From positions 3,551-67,550 of the IMG/VR virus record IMGVR_UViG_3300037540_000302: a stretch of 64,000 nucleotides of DNA; one strand, written 5' to 3'. Position 1 is the stretch's first letter. Every line of letters begins with the position of its first letter. The DNA is from a virus. This document shows positions 30,103-43,703 of the stretch, in pieces. Under the pieces are notes generated by a model that worked only from the letters and a program-made list of their open reading frames with translations, did not search any database and was not told the DNA's origin. The position numbers and the translations under genes are program-made.

Positions 30103-31011
30103 CTAAAATGGCAAATCGCCCTTATTTCCTTCTCTTCTTATCATAGCTTTATTGTACCACTCATTTAATGTATGCTTTTCTTTTGTCTTAATGAATCCAT
30201 TTAGCCATTTTTCAGTTGTTATTTTTCGGACATCTGTTAAGCCTTTAAAACCATTTGCAATTTCAAATACTGTCATTTTATATTTCTCTTCATTGTCTTC
30301 AAAGTTTTTCAATATTTCATCATGTAACGCTTGTTTTTTTGTTTGATCCGCCGGTTCTTTTTTTTCTCCATTTTCTGTTTGGGATTGCGACTCTTTACCT
30401 TTGCCATATGTAACGGATGCACCTTTTTTGCCCTTTAAAAGTGGATCATCCCAGCTTAATCCATTTAATGCTAACATTTTCCGGACACAAATACCTAGAC
30501 CATTAGTAACGGATTTTTTCATTATATTAGGCTTTGAAATTTCAAGTCTATCTTTCCAAATCATTTTGCCAGTAGCCTTATCTTTTTTCTTTGCATAAAA
30601 CGGATCCCTTTCAGATGCTACACCTAGATTTGATTCTTCCTCAAACCAGGCGTGCCAGGCCCTCACCTTTGTAATTATTATATAGTATTTCCCCCTGGAA
30701 TCTTCTGCTTCTTTCTCAGTTTGCCATAATGGTTCATAGCTAATTCCAGTACAAAATATAATTCTCGCAATCCCTTTATCATTACAATAGGGGTTGCCTC
30801 CCATATCATCCCAATCTCCTTTAATCGTACGCTTAATAGCTGCATTCCTAATATGATCAGAAAGCTCCATTTTTTTATCAATATAAGCTTTTGCTTCGCC
30901 AACACTCATATTTAACAATGACATTGACGCTCCTGTTTTTTTTTCATGAACCACGCTATATTGCGGTTCAATAATTTCAATCGAATCTTTTCCGTTTTTT
31001 TCATCTTTCAT
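30103..31011 (-). CDS. Putative single-strand annealing recombinase
   Basis: Directly upstream of the exonuclease; acidic/aromatic DLPF C-terminus; family not recognised. Confidence 0.5.
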   Translation of the reverse strand: MKDEKNGKDSIEIIEPQYSVVHEKKTGASMSLLNMSVGEAKAYIDKKMELSDHIRNAAIKRTIKGDWDDMGGNPYCNDKGIARIIFCTGISYEPLWQTEKEAEDSRGKYYIIITKVRAWHAWFEEESNLGVASERDPFYAKKKDKATGKMIWKDRLEISKPNIMKKSVTNGLGICVRKMLALNGLSWDDPLLKGKKGASVTYGKGKESQSQTENGEKKEPADQTKKQALHDEILKNFEDNEEKYKMTVFEIANGFKGLTDVRKITTEKWLNGFIKTKEKHTLNEWYNKAMIRREGNKGDLPF

Positions 31012-34000
31012 TTTTTATTCTCCTTTTTATATTTTACCAATCCCTATCTTCCCATGGAACCCTAAGAAGCTGATTCTTTTTCTTTTTAAAGGCATTTTGT
31101 ATAACTTTAAAACTGCCTTCTTCTTCACTTTCTGCCTTTCTCATTTCTTGAACACTTTCAAGCCTAAGCTTGTCTAATTCAGGCATTGTTTTACAATCAT
31201 TAATTTTTTTTAATATCATTTTTTCTCCTTTTCATATTTTTTTATTATATCATATGCATTAAATTTTTCTCTAATCTTCTTGTCCTGATTAAAAGACAAG
31301 AGAACTTCAATCAACTTATCCGTTTCGTCTATACTATCTAAATCACTTCTTATATAACCCACAGTTGTGGACTCTGATTGCCTATTGACAATCATTAGTA
31401 TCGCTTCACATTCCGGCTTATCTTTGCCCATTTCATCACCTGAGACAGAAGATCAATTGATTATAGAAATATTCAATTTCATCTTTGCCTAAATCATGAT
31501 TGTCAATAAATTCCCATATTGCATTTACCAGTGTTTTTTTTGTTGCCTTTCTAATTAAATTCCCGCAATAAGAATCCAAGCTCTCTGTTCCAGCAGTATA
31601 AATGCGCCAATTTTTTAAACTTTCATATAATTTATCTTTGCTCATTTTCTAACTCCTTATAGCAATTATCACAAATGTCAGAATTGACATTATAATCATT
31701 TTTGGTAAATAAGCACCTACAGCGATTACACATTTTTTTATATTTATCCCAATTTGGACTTGATACATTAAGGGAATGTTCAATCATTTTTAATGAATCT
31801 TCTTTTTCTTTAATTTTTAATTTTAATTCTTGAATATCTTTTTTCAACTGTATCCTTTTAGCATATAATTTTAATATAGGATTATCTATTTTTTTATATA
31901 ATTTTTCTTCATGCCAGCATCCAGAGCCGCCGCCATTTCCCTGTATGTCAATGTAATTTTCAACATAAACCCATCCCCTATTCTCGGCATAATTGGGTTG
32001 GGCTAAAATAGATAATGAATGATATGAATAATGTTTGCTAGACGTAGAGACAATTTCACCATCTTCAAATTTATTTTTTTGCACTTTTTGAAACTTCCCT
32101 TTTTTATTTCTAATTATGATATATTCTTTATTGGCGTTATCCATTTTCTAACTCCCTGATTTTATCATGTACAAATTTTATCTTCCTATAATTATTACTA
32201 ACAAAATCAGCCACTTTTTCATATGACGTAAACATTTCCGGTATAAAATCATAATCGGCAGGATCAATTTTTGTTCGATTGTCATTATTGATTCCTAAGA
32301 ATTTTCTTTCCTCTCCTAATGGCAGCACATTTAGATAACCGCCATTTCCCGGTGCACCATCCGTTACCCATTGTAGATCAAAATAAATTATTTCTTTAGT
32401 AGTTTTATTTATTCCATATATAATCATTCTTCAATCACCTTTTTCTTTTTCTTCCAATTCTTGCAACTCAGACTCCAGGCCATTAATCTTGGTGCGAATC
32501 TCCCGCAAGGCATTTTCCAAACGATCCACCTTGCTATTGATTTCATTAAGTTTCCAATTTGCTTTATCATTCATTGCTCCCTAAGCTGATTTATAATTGA
32601 ATTATGTCCTAAGCCAAAATCATCAATTAAATTATCAAATTCATCTCCCGTCCATGCCAATTGCTCTTCTTTATTCATTCTTAGGAGATTATCACTAAAC
32701 ATTCCCATTGCTTTAATCAGCGCACATGCAATCTGAGATTGAACATATACTATATTTTGATCTTTATCCATCTTCTAACTCCTAAAAAAATTTTATTTTA
32801 CAATCTTTACTTTCTTCTTTATATTTATCTTGCCAATGCTCAGCAACCGGGGACTGGCCAATTGATGTTCTTAATACCTGAAAACCACAGCTTCCGCATT
32901 CCATCAAATCTGTACTATATAATTTATAGCTTTCCTTTTTCTCCCTATCTCGCATCTCTTCTGCTAATATGCCAGCTTCCTTCATAATCATTGAAATTCC
33001 ACATTTTACACAAATAATCATTTCTTACCTCCAAATTTTCTGTCAATTTCACTTTGATAGTAATTCCCTTTTATATTTGAATCATAAAAATCCGGATTTA
33101 ATGACTTTTCTATACCAGGCACATCTCCTATGGGATTAATCTGCCATTCAATAAATCTTATAAGATCACTATATCTTGCTTCAACCTGGAAATTTCCTTG
33201 TATCTGATGGAATGCTGCAATAAGTTTATATCTTTTTTTAATCTTTTCTAATTCAGCTTTATCCATTTTATTAACTCCTCATGCATTCAATATTAACTTT
33301 ATCATAATGCATACATAAGCTACCTATACATTTTGTAAAATTTTCTTCTTTTATTATTTCTTTTCTTATTTTTTTATATCGGCCATCTCTTTTAGTTTGC
33401 CTATATTCTATTATTCCTTTTTTAAATGAGCAATACCTATCTTCCATTTTGTTTAACCTCCAATCTTTTCCCTATCTCTTTTATTCATCTTAATCTCTAT
33501 CATATAACGGGATAGGTGGGACTTGATCAAATTCATCATGCAGATGAAATTCCCCGCTATTCCACATTTTTGTTATCATCTGTATTGCAAGCACAGCATT
33601 CCTTCTATTGTCGCTATCTAAATCGGCCTGTACAATTCTTATCATTGGCTTTGTTCTTGTTTCAAATCCGCAGAAAGCATAAGCCTTTATTAATCTCAAA
33701 AATTCTGATGGTAATGTTTTAAAATAATTTTCTAAAATATTCATTTCTTAACCTCCTTTTCCCTGGTCTCATATCCATCAAGCCAGGCTTCATAATAAAT
33801 TGTAGGATATAAGTTTACATCAATTCCTATTTTCTTAATCCACTTTAAAAATTCAAGATATTTTTCATTTGAAGTCATTTTTTTCTCCCGTTGAAATCAT
33901 ATTTCACAATCATAGAAATAGATTTATTTTTTATATTGATGGATAAATCCTTATTGCAGTTATGACAATGATAATTCTCAATCTCCATATAAAATTTATG

Positions 34001-35481
34001 ATCTTCAACTCTCATATAACAATTAGGGCAGAAAAATATAATTTTTTTCATTTCATATTCCTCAACATGGGTGTCCCTCATTTAAGGAACCACCATTATC
34101 TGTATAAAAATATTCATCAAAATATTCACAGTTTTCATTTTTACATTTAAAAATGTCTCCGACTTTTTCTATCCAGCTTCGAGGGTGTATCCAATAATGC
34201 TCTGAATGTTCAATTTTGCCATAATAATCAACCCAGGCTAAATCATATTCACATTCCGGGCATCTCATTTTTTAGTCTCCATTATTATGGCTTTTTCAAA
34301 TTTCATAGCTTGTTTTAGGCAACTACGATATAAACAAAATATTTCAGGTTGATTTTGTAAGTTAAGTTTTTTTATTTGAAATCCCATCTCCTTAAGTATT
34401 ACTATTGATTGGAAATATCCGTCTCTCAATGCCTCCATTTTGGTTTTATAAAAACGATTATAAATATCTACCCAACAAAAATGGGCATACTCCGGGATTT
34501 TGGAATCATTAAATTTTAAATCCATCCCATAAGGATATATTTTATGAATAATATATTGAATCGGCATTGCTACAAAATAATTATCATTTCTCGTAAACCA
34601 GATAGTGTCATCTTTTTTTAGTTCATTTAATCTTAACATTCCTTTCCCAATCACGCCACCCGACCCGGCTCCACCAACCGGGCCAGGGACGCTTAAATCA
34701 GTTATACTTAAGGAGGTATTGCTTTCATGATTTCCACATAATCCTTTATCTTCTTGACCTACATGTAATGTATTTAGGCATCCTGGGAATCGGCAGATTT
34801 GTAAATTATGAGAATTTTCGAGTTCCCGATCTTTAAAATCATCAAATCTGTTTTGATCCCAGGGGAGTAAATATTTACTAAGTCTCATTTTTTAATCCTT
34901 TTATCAATTGCCTCTCTCAGCAATTGCAAATCAATACCCATGTCAATATCACTACTATCCTTTATATCCGATAAAGAGTTAAATAAAATATCTATTGTGC
35001 AATCGCCATAATCATAACTTTTTAAAAGAGCTAATACTAAATACATTTTATGTAGATCAGTCATTTTAATTACTCATTATTTCTTTATATTTCTCAGGAT
35101 TCAATTTTCTCATTGTCTCACTAATTTCAATTATTCCATTATCTGCTTTTAATTGAGATATATGTGTTTCATGAATCTTTTCCTTACCTTTGATTTTTAA
35201 TTTAAACCAGACTCCCTTTGCGCGCAAATTAGAAATATCATCTTTAAAAAAATTTAATAATTTAACCTGATTTCCGTATATTGTATATATCATTTTGCTA
35301 CCCTTTGCTATTCAGCCTATCACATTCCCTCTTAGCCGCTTTCCATGTCAATCCTGAGATTACACAATAATGGTCTCCGTGAAGCCAGGTTTCAAAAACA
35401 CCATAACTATCAAAGTTATCTTCTTTTACAAAATATTGTTTCATGTTACCTCCTAATTTCTTGAACTCACGGTTCACCTAC

Positions 35482-35556
35482 AATATAGTATAAAAATCTC
35501 ATTTTGTCAACTTTTTTATTTTTTTTGTTGACAAAATAAGGAAATTGTACTATTAT
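35482..35556. promoter_or_regulatory. Back-to-back divergent sigma70 promoters at the strand switch
   Basis: Minus: TTGACA(35510)-N17-TATATT; plus: TTGACA(35528)-N17-TATTAT; 11-bp inverted repeat attttgtcaac/gttgacaaaat. Confidence 0.85.
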
Positions 35557-36162
35557 AAGATATTATGAAAAGGAGTAAAAAATGAGCAAAAATTATTTTG
35601 AGGATTTACCTGAAAATGAAAAAGAAGTAAGTGAATGTTTTGATACAATTTATAGCAAAGGCATCGCATTGGAAATGAAATCCATTTATAACGTGAAAAG
35701 GAAAATGGGTATAGGTCATATAGAAGCTTATGAACAAACCCTATTAATACACATTGATATTTGCAAGGATAAAAAATGACTAATAACACAACTCATAAAT
35801 TTACTGTCGAGATAGGACAGGAAGCAAATGAATTTTATATTGACTGGTCGAACGATCAGCTTCGCCCTGGCAAAACAAAAAAGAGTGTATGTGAATGGGT
35901 ATTGGGCATGTTTGCAGCAGGCAAGTTGAACGAGTTGAAAAGAATGTATAATGCCAAATGGTTAGATGTTGAAAAAGAAAAGGGGAAATCATGAAGGTAA
36001 CACAAGAATCTAAAAAAGATGAAGATGGTAATATTTACCTGATCGACACTAATTATATGAAATTTGAAGCTCATAAAATTAAGATCGAATTAGAAAATGG
36101 CACCAAATTTAGTATAACTGAAACAGATGGGATTATTGAATTGGAGACTATAGAGGAGAATC

Positions 36163-36597
36163 ATGAATAAAAAACTCACCCTCTACATGGAAACAACTAA
36201 AAAAACACCGGAGCAAACAGCATCCGAAATTCAAAAATTAATGAGCAATTATGAATTAAGACATTTTATGTTTGCCTATGAGAATGGAAATATTTCAGGA
36301 GTAACATTTTCAATAATAGTCAATGATGAAGAGCTCCCGTTTAAACTCCCCATTAATCATCTACCATTATGGGGAAAAGCACAACAGGGGCTGACGAGAT
36401 ATATACGTGATGAAGAACAAGCCCGTAAAGTTGCATGGCGACAGGTCTATAAATGGATTCAATCTCAATTGTCACTTGTAGATACGGGAATTAGAAATAT
36501 TACGGAAACCTTTTTCAGTGATTTGATTGTAGAAAATGATAAAACTACTTATCAATTATTTCTTGAGAAAAGGCCAGCACTGAAAGAGAAATCATGA
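36163..36597 (+). CDS. Conserved hypothetical phage protein
   Basis: T..EIQ.L...F.LP......EQA.KVAWR....WI..QL pattern, which I recall from other phages. Confidence 0.6.
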   Translation: MNKKLTLYMETTKKTPEQTASEIQKLMSNYELRHFMFAYENGNISGVTFSIIVNDEELPFKLPINHLPLWGKAQQGLTRYIRDEEQARKVAWRQVYKWIQSQLSLVDTGIRNITETFFSDLIVENDKTTYQLFLEKRPALKEKS

Positions 36598-38750
36598 ATG
36601 ATATAATAAAATCATTGAGCGGAATAAGTGGAATTTGCGGATTAAATTGTCGTATATTCTTGCGAGGTAGATGTAAAGCGTATACCTCGGAAGAAATAGT
36701 ACAGGAAATTAATACAATGACTCCTGAAAATAGAAATAAATATATTAAAGAGACTGAGATTTTAGAATTATATCCTGGAATAAAAGAGGCAATTGATAAT
36801 GTATAAGAAAATATTGATAGGAGTCCCGATTTATGTTGATAAAAATAATCCTAAATGTTGCAATTTTAGATGTAATAATATTTGCTATGGTGAAAACTTT
36901 GCAGAATGTGGAGAATTTAAGGATAAAGAAGATAGGAGAAAAAGATTAGAATTATCTAAAAATAATAAATGGCGCCGATGCGCAGCTTGCAAGAAAGCAG
37001 AGATAAAAAAGGAGAAAGCATGAGTAATGACCGTTGTATAGTAGTTCAAGAGAGTGAGAAGCACCCGGATGGATTGATAAGGGTTCCAAAATGCGATAAA
37101 TGTATTACTATGGACGAGTGTCACGATTGGTGTATTTTGGTAGATGCATATATTGAAGATTATGAAATAATCCATAAAGACTGCCCCCTCCCTCTCTATG
37201 ATAGGATGCGATGGCATATGCCGGATGAAGTGCCACCCGATGGGAAAATTGTTAGATTAAAATTAAAAATCAAGTATATAATAAGCGATAAATATATAGG
37301 ATTTTATCAAAGCTTGCCGGATGAATGGAGAGGTTGTGGATATAGGAGTGCTGATAAGATCATAGAAAAATCTCAAATTGTCTCATGGAGGCATTTATGA
37401 CATTAAAAGAATTTAGAGAATGGCTTGAAAATAAATTAAAATCTGTATACAATTATAATGATATTCCCCAAAGAGAAGCAGCAATACATGAACTTAAATT
37501 AGTTAAACAAAAATTCGATACTATCAAATTTCCTGAGTGGGCAAACCCGGATAAGCCACCGAAGCATAGCAATGAAATTTTATTAAAATTGAAATCTCAC
37601 CCATCCCTTCCTGAAAGATACCAAAATCACATATGGTATAAAATAGGATGGTATGATTTAAAAGAAAAAAAATATACAAAACATTATGGGCTTAATGGTA
37701 ATAGTGTAATTGTTTTAGGCTATATGGAGATTCCAGAATGAAAACAATAACAATCGAACTGACAAATAAAAATGCCAAAGAAATAGAAAAACTTCTGAAG
37801 GATCGCTATAACCCTAATTATATAATAGGCTTAAGCTCGCTTGCCCATATGGCAATATTGGAAATAATAGAAGACCAAAGGGTTAAAAATCTTTTTAAAG
37901 AAACACGAGGTAATAGAAAATGTATAAAAAACAAATAACAATAAAGCAATATCAGGAAGCTAAGCAGATTATGAAAAAATATCATGAACAGGATCAAGAA
38001 AAACTTGAAGAATTAGAAAATATTATTTTGCCCTTACTGATAGATTATGGAAAAAAGGGTTATAATTATGAAAATGCTGAATTTGTATTTAATAGTATTT
38101 TGAAGATTATATTTGAGCTTTTCAATTCAAAAGGAGTTTAAATTAGATGAGTGAAATGTTAAATGAATTAAAGAAAACCACAAAATACATATGGCTTTAT
38201 TTTCTTTTGGGGATTATATTGACAATATCAACCTATATATCAAATAAATTATTTTGGAAAATCATTCTTGACCTAATGAGCATAATCTCATTTATTCTTT
38301 TTGCAATTGGCATATTGGGAATTTGGATTTTAAAGAAATTAAGAATTATTCCAGAAGACATTATAGAAGATGACTAAATTTACAATAAAATGTGATAGTT
38401 GCGGAAAAGAAATAATAGTAAAATATTATTATAAAGATTATGAAAGGGATAAGTTGATTAGGTGCGGACATTGTAACGATACAGAAATATTAAACTATTG
38501 GGATTTAATGGATCGGGAAAAAGAGAAATGAAACAAGAAAAAGATAAAATTAAAAAATACCAGGTTGTTTATGAAGAAAATAATTATTTCGATGAAAATT
38601 ATGGCCCTTATGGCTACAGGAAAGTCGGGATTAAAATTGATAATAGAATTATTTGGCTATATACTCAAAGTTGCGGAGGTACTGATAAATTTCTAAAATG
38701 GGAAAAGGAAGCTTCCTTTATAGTTGATGCGTGTAATGACAAAAATGAAA

Positions 38751-39770
38751 ATGAATAAAGAAATAACTGATAAAAAATTAAAATGGTGGCAGTCCTCCTG
38801 GCTTACAATGTTTGGCTTGCTTTGTATCTCCTTTACTCTTGTTTCTCTATGGAATCAAGGGGTATTTTATTATGAGTCTTTAGGATTTGCATTGGCTGTG
38901 CTAATTAGCCTATCCCTTGAAGCCTCACGATTGACCTGTCTGCACTCAATGTTTGTTGACAGTTCGCCAATTGCTATTTTGATTTATATTCTAATAGCTT
39001 CATGGTGCCTGTCAGCAAACGTAATTGCATTTAGTGTCAAATTTGAGTCAAAGCGCCTGTCAAATTTGACAGAATTTGACAAACTATTTAACCAGGTTGT
39101 CAATAAAAAAAAGTTGAAAATTGATTTTGACATACTAAATGCGAAAAATGAAATCCACCAAAATGAAGGATTATCTAAAAAGTATCCTCAAAATAAAGAA
39201 TATAATGGCTACACAGAGGATTGGAAATCACGAATTAGGGAACACATTAAGGAGAAAATTAAAATAACCAGTTTTCGCCCCTTAAATAAGGCTCAATTTA
39301 CCCGGTCAATCTTACTACATGGCGATCCGGAGGACATTAAGACCTTAAATGACATAAGATACCGTGCAAAAGAAAATAATGCGCTCACGGGCTTCCTACG
39401 CATTCCGGCAGAATTGATGGAATTTATAATTCAAATATGCCTTGCTATTCTTATTGAGATAATGATTCTCAGATTCGGCTATTTAGCAAAATTTCCTTTG
39501 TCAAAAAGTTGTCAAAAAAAGTCAAAAAAGAAAACTAAAAGTCAAGATTTGTCAAAAATAGAATTAAGTGATAATCAAAAATTATGGACACGTCAATTTT
39601 TTGATAAGTCTATCCAAATTGACAGGGATAAATCCGGGTGGCTAAATAGTGGGGCATTAAGACCGAGTCCCGAGAGGGATGAATTGGTAAAGCTTAAAAA
39701 AGCTTGCAAAAATAAAAAATATTTGGCTGCATGTTTGGCCGCAGCCGGGATTAATCAGGAGGTAAAATGA
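38751..39770 (+). CDS. Multi-pass membrane protein with coiled coil and basic C-terminal cytoplasmic domain
   Basis: Three N-terminal hydrophobic segments, a coiled region, a fourth TM, then a Lys-rich tail. Confidence 0.7.
   Translation: MNKEITDKKLKWWQSSWLTMFGLLCISFTLVSLWNQGVFYYESLGFALAVLISLSLEASRLTCLHSMFVDSSPIAILIYILIASWCLSANVIAFSVKFESKRLSNLTEFDKLFNQVVNKKKLKIDFDILNAKNEIHQNEGLSKKYPQNKEYNGYTEDWKSRIREHIKEKIKITSFRPLNKAQFTRSILLHGDPEDIKTLNDIRYRAKENNALTGFLRIPAELMEFIIQICLAILIEIMILRFGYLAKFPLSKSCQKKSKKKTKSQDLSKIELSDNQKLWTRQFFDKSIQIDRDKSGWLNSGALRPSPERDELVKLKKACKNKKYLAACLAAAGINQEVK
38956..39624. repeat. Array of TTGACA/TGTCAA hexamers including the perfect palindrome CTGTCAAATTTGACAG (39057-39072)
   Basis: 11 exact copies counted by eye, plus several one-mismatch copies. 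Confidence 0.8.
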
Positions 39771-41062
39771 AAATAAATCCAGAGAATGTAAAAGGAGATG
39801 AAATTCTCTATTTTGTATATAAGAAAAGGAGAATAGCAAAGATAAGAGCATATTGTTATGACGAATACAATGATGAAATTTTTATTAATTTTGGTCAAAA
39901 TGGAATTCCTATTAAAGGATTAAATTTTTATACTACACAATTAGAAGCTGCCCGCGAATTAAGGGTTTATCATTTTGAAGAATATTGGAGATATAGAGAA
40001 ATGGCTACAGCTCTAAGGGATAAAGAAAATGAATAAACCAAATAATAGAATAAGAAAATTTCGTCAGGAGAAATAATGATTACAGCAAAATGTGATATTT
40101 GCAAAATGCCAATTGATATATCAGATTGTGGAGATCCGCCAGACTCTGATGAAGCGCACTGGTGCGAAATTTGTAAAAAGATCAAAAAAGAAAAGGAGGG
40201 ATCATGACTGTAATGGAAGGTATAATTATTTTTTTATCAGTATGTATCATTTATGCCGTGGTATTATGGATTCTCTATGTAAAAGTCAAGAGGAGGGAAA
40301 ATGATGCAAATACATATAAATAGACCCAGGATTGATAAAAAAAGATTATCTCATGGGAAGTGCCCGGACTGTAAAAGGCATGTTTTTTTTATGTGGTTTT
40401 ATCAAGAGTGGTATGGATGGGATATAACATGCTTACGCTGCGGTAGAAGTTTTGGCGATGGTGAATGGCTGCCGCTTACATTTTCAAGAACTGCCCGGCA
40501 AGATAGTATTGGAAGTGCGAAAAGGAGGTGGAGACAAAATGAAAACAAAAATAGCGATAACAAAATATGTTGAAATTCAAACGGATGATTATTGTTGCGA
40601 AATGCCACCCAATAAATGTTCTGGGTTACAAATTGCTTATCAAAATATTTATCAAAAAAGCAGAAATCATGTAATAGAATCATTTTGTAATATGTTTTCA
40701 GTTGATAATTATGATAGGAAATTAGAAATCAACAAAGAAAAGCAAAAGCCCGAACGTTGCCGCGCTTGCATAGATGCTCAAATGAAAGCAAGGGAATTGG
40801 AGATGAAATGAAAAAGAAAATAATAATCGGGTGGGTTAATAAGCATAATAATATTGAAAATGTTGCATTTTGGGTGTATAGATTTGGCCTTGAACAGCTT
40901 CATATGAAAGATGGCATTTTTAGGAAAAAAGGAAAATTAGCAAATTGGCACAGAAGTGATCAGCCACCTAAAAAAATAAAAATTACTATTGAGGAGATAT
41001 GATTATTAAAGCAATAATTCTCCCTGTCAGTCCGATCCTGGCAGAGGATTTCAACAAAGGAT

Positions 41063-41093
41063 AGGGGCGGATTTCGGTTCGCCCCTTGATTTT
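41063..41093 (+). terminator. Terminator-like hairpin
   Basis: AGGGGCGGAT-TTCG-GTTCGCCCCT followed by TGATTTT; a second hairpin (CTGTCAG/CTGGCAG) lies just upstream. Confidence 0.55.
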
Positions 41094-41849
41094 AAAAGGA
41101 GTAAAAAATGATACATAAATTAAAATATTGGAATTATGAATGCGAATTATATATTTGTGATTTCTGTTATAAAAGATTCAAGACTTTTGATATTGTAATA
41201 GAGCATGAAAAAAAATGTATAAATAATCCTGAGAATCAAATATTATTATATATTCCGGGGTGTAATCTTAAAATTGTATAGGAGAATAGAAATGAAATTA
41301 TCAAAAAGAGCGAGCCAGATTTTAAAAAATCTTGAAAGAGATAATAGCTTCATCTATGGCGGATTTTGTATTAATTCATGTCATACCGCTGGGCATATTG
41401 ATTCAGATGATTATGAAGCAATAGCAGAGCTAATCAATAAGGGATATATAGAAAGCTTAACAATGAGTTTTGGAGCAAAAAGAGTATTTAGTATAAAAAA
41501 GGGGATACGAAATGATCAAACAAGATGAAAAAATAAAAAATTTAAGCCCTATGATTGCTGAATTTGGCACTGGGGACATAGGGGTAGCCACAACTGTATA
41601 CCCGGATAAATATGGAATGATTTTTTATAATAAAGAGCCCGCCAGGGTTGGCTCTAAAGATAAAAATATAAAAGCAGTAACGAAAATAAAAGATATTAAT
41701 CCAGAGATAATTTTTAAATTCAATAGCCATAAAAGTGTTAAAGTAATTATAAAATGTCTTTTAAAATTATATTGGTTTTTATTTTGGGGTAAACACAAGG
41801 CGGGGAAAGAATATCAAAGATGTTTGAAAAAATATAGAGAGGATAGGTA

Positions 41850-42299
41850 ATGTCTAAAAAAATGGTGATAAAAAGAACCAAATTTGAGAAAGTGCAGACT
41901 TTGGGGGAATTGGAAGTTATAGAAGAATTATTTGCTTACCATCAGTGGGTAAGCGATGATTTAATTTTTGAATCAAAAACGCTTGAACTCCCCTGGCTTG
42001 ACAATGCACCTTATATTTCATGCATTCCTGTAGGTATTTATGATGTCAAAAAAAGATGGTCGCCCCGATTTGGATTTCATTTTCATATATTAGATGTAGA
42101 AGGCAGAACCTGGATATTGATGCACGCTGGTAATTTTTTCAAGAATACAAAGGGCTGTACTCTGGTTGGAGATGGGTATAAAAAAATCAATGATGATAAA
42201 TGGTATGATCTTACGAATAGCAAAAGGACTTTAAGAGAACTATATCGGATCATGCCAGAGCGATTTGAATTGGAGATTAGGAATGCCAATTCAAATTAA
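41850..42299 (+). CDS. DUF5675 family protein (candidate endolysin)
   Basis: TLGEL, TLELPW.DN...ISCIP.G.Y, SPRFG, V.GR..IL.H.GN....T.GC.LVG. Confidence 0.85.
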   Translation: MSKKMVIKRTKFEKVQTLGELEVIEELFAYHQWVSDDLIFESKTLELPWLDNAPYISCIPVGIYDVKKRWSPRFGFHFHILDVEGRTWILMHAGNFFKNTKGCTLVGDGYKKINDDKWYDLTNSKRTLRELYRIMPERFELEIRNANSN

Positions 42300-42615
42300 A
42301 GCATGGAAATGTAAATTTCAGTTTTGTATGAAAATATTTCATACCAAAGTTGGACGTACAGTTCATAAAAAAGGAGAATAGAATGAATAAGCAAGTTACA
42401 TTTTTAGAAACAAGATCAAAGTCAGGCAATCCCATTGGTAGAGCATGTTTCCCGGATGAAGATGGCAGTAGGGTTGAAGTTTTATTTGAATTTGATTATG
42501 GTGAAAAATATTTACAAACAATCATTAATCATAATCTCAATGGAACTAATTATGCTACTGTTCATAGGTTAGCTGGCTGCCATAACCCTGAATGATTTTT
42601 GTTTTAATTACAATT

Positions 42616-42645
42616 GGAGGCGGCATTTACTGCGCCTCCTTTTTT
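42616..42645 (+). terminator. Intrinsic terminator between convergent operons
   Basis: GGAGGCGGCA-TTTAC-TGCGCCTCC followed by TTTTTT. Confidence 0.8.
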
Positions 42646-42657
42646 GTTTGATGATGT

Positions 42658-43314
42658 TTATTTCACTATCAGCAAGCTAATAAAAGTCAGTACTGCTCCA
42701 AAAGCACCGCCCTTGACATAATTCCAAAATTGTTTCCAAAATCTCTTTTTTTCTAAAGTATTAATTCTATCATTTTGTAATCCAATTTTCTCATTCAGCT
42801 TAACCCTTGATTGAGTACACAGGATATAATTTTGTTCTGAGAGATTTAAATTTTTACCTAATATATCTATAATTCCATCTTTTTCTTTTCCTAATTTTAA
42901 GCTTAATTCGTGATCTTTAATGCATAGCGAAAAGTTAATCCGACACTCTGCAAATAATGACTTGCACTCTTCAAGAGACTTAATTTCATTCTTATATTTA
43001 TCTTCATTTTCCTGGTATATCTTTTCTTTTTTCTTAAGAGACGCTATTCTATCAAGATATTCAATTTCAGTTACCTCACTTGATTCTCGTTTTGCCTTTA
43101 GCTCATCTTTCAATATGCTTATTTCTTCATTATTGGCTTTTTCTTTTTTTAGAATTGCTGTAATTATTTCGTCTTTTTCTGCAAGAAGCCGGTCAAGTTC
43201 GACGGCAGATATGGAATTATTATTATTAATAGTTAAAATAATAATCATAGCTATTGCTATTCCGACAAGTATTCCACCCAATACCCACCATAATTTTTTT
43301 GTGATTTTTTTCAT
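42658..43314 (-). CDS. Spanin-like coiled-coil protein with N- and C-terminal TM segments
   Basis: N-terminal TM, long heptad region, C-terminal hydrophobic segment; last gene of the late arm. Confidence 0.5.
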   Translation of the reverse strand: MKKITKKLWWVLGGILVGIAIAMIIILTINNNNSISAVELDRLLAEKDEIITAILKKEKANNEEISILKDELKAKRESSEVTEIEYLDRIASLKKKEKIYQENEDKYKNEIKSLEECKSLFAECRINFSLCIKDHELSLKLGKEKDGIIDILGKNLNLSEQNYILCTQSRVKLNEKIGLQNDRINTLEKKRFWKQFWNYVKGGAFGAVLTFISLLIVK

Positions 43315-43703
43315 AATTGTAATTTACCAGTCCATAATGTTTTTATAAATTTTATAAAAGTAGCAATCCAAATTGCACCTAAAATAATAAATAACAATAT
43401 CCAAAATCCCATAGTAGATTTATCACTTAAAATCCATGCTGTAATTAAGGATATAATAAAATCTATTAACCCCCATGTAAATAACCATTTAATCCCTGAT
43501 TTTATTATAGATGAAAAATCTCCATCTGCTATACCACTCATTTTTTTCTCCTTTTATTTTTATTCTCAATAAATCTTCTCATATTCCTAAAATGCCGTGC
43601 ATGCCCAGCTAATTTTGTATTACTCTTTAAGTCAACCTGCTTATTTTCTTTTTCCTCTTTTGTCATGTCATCCGGATTTATCTCAATCAAAGAATCTTTA
43701 AGT

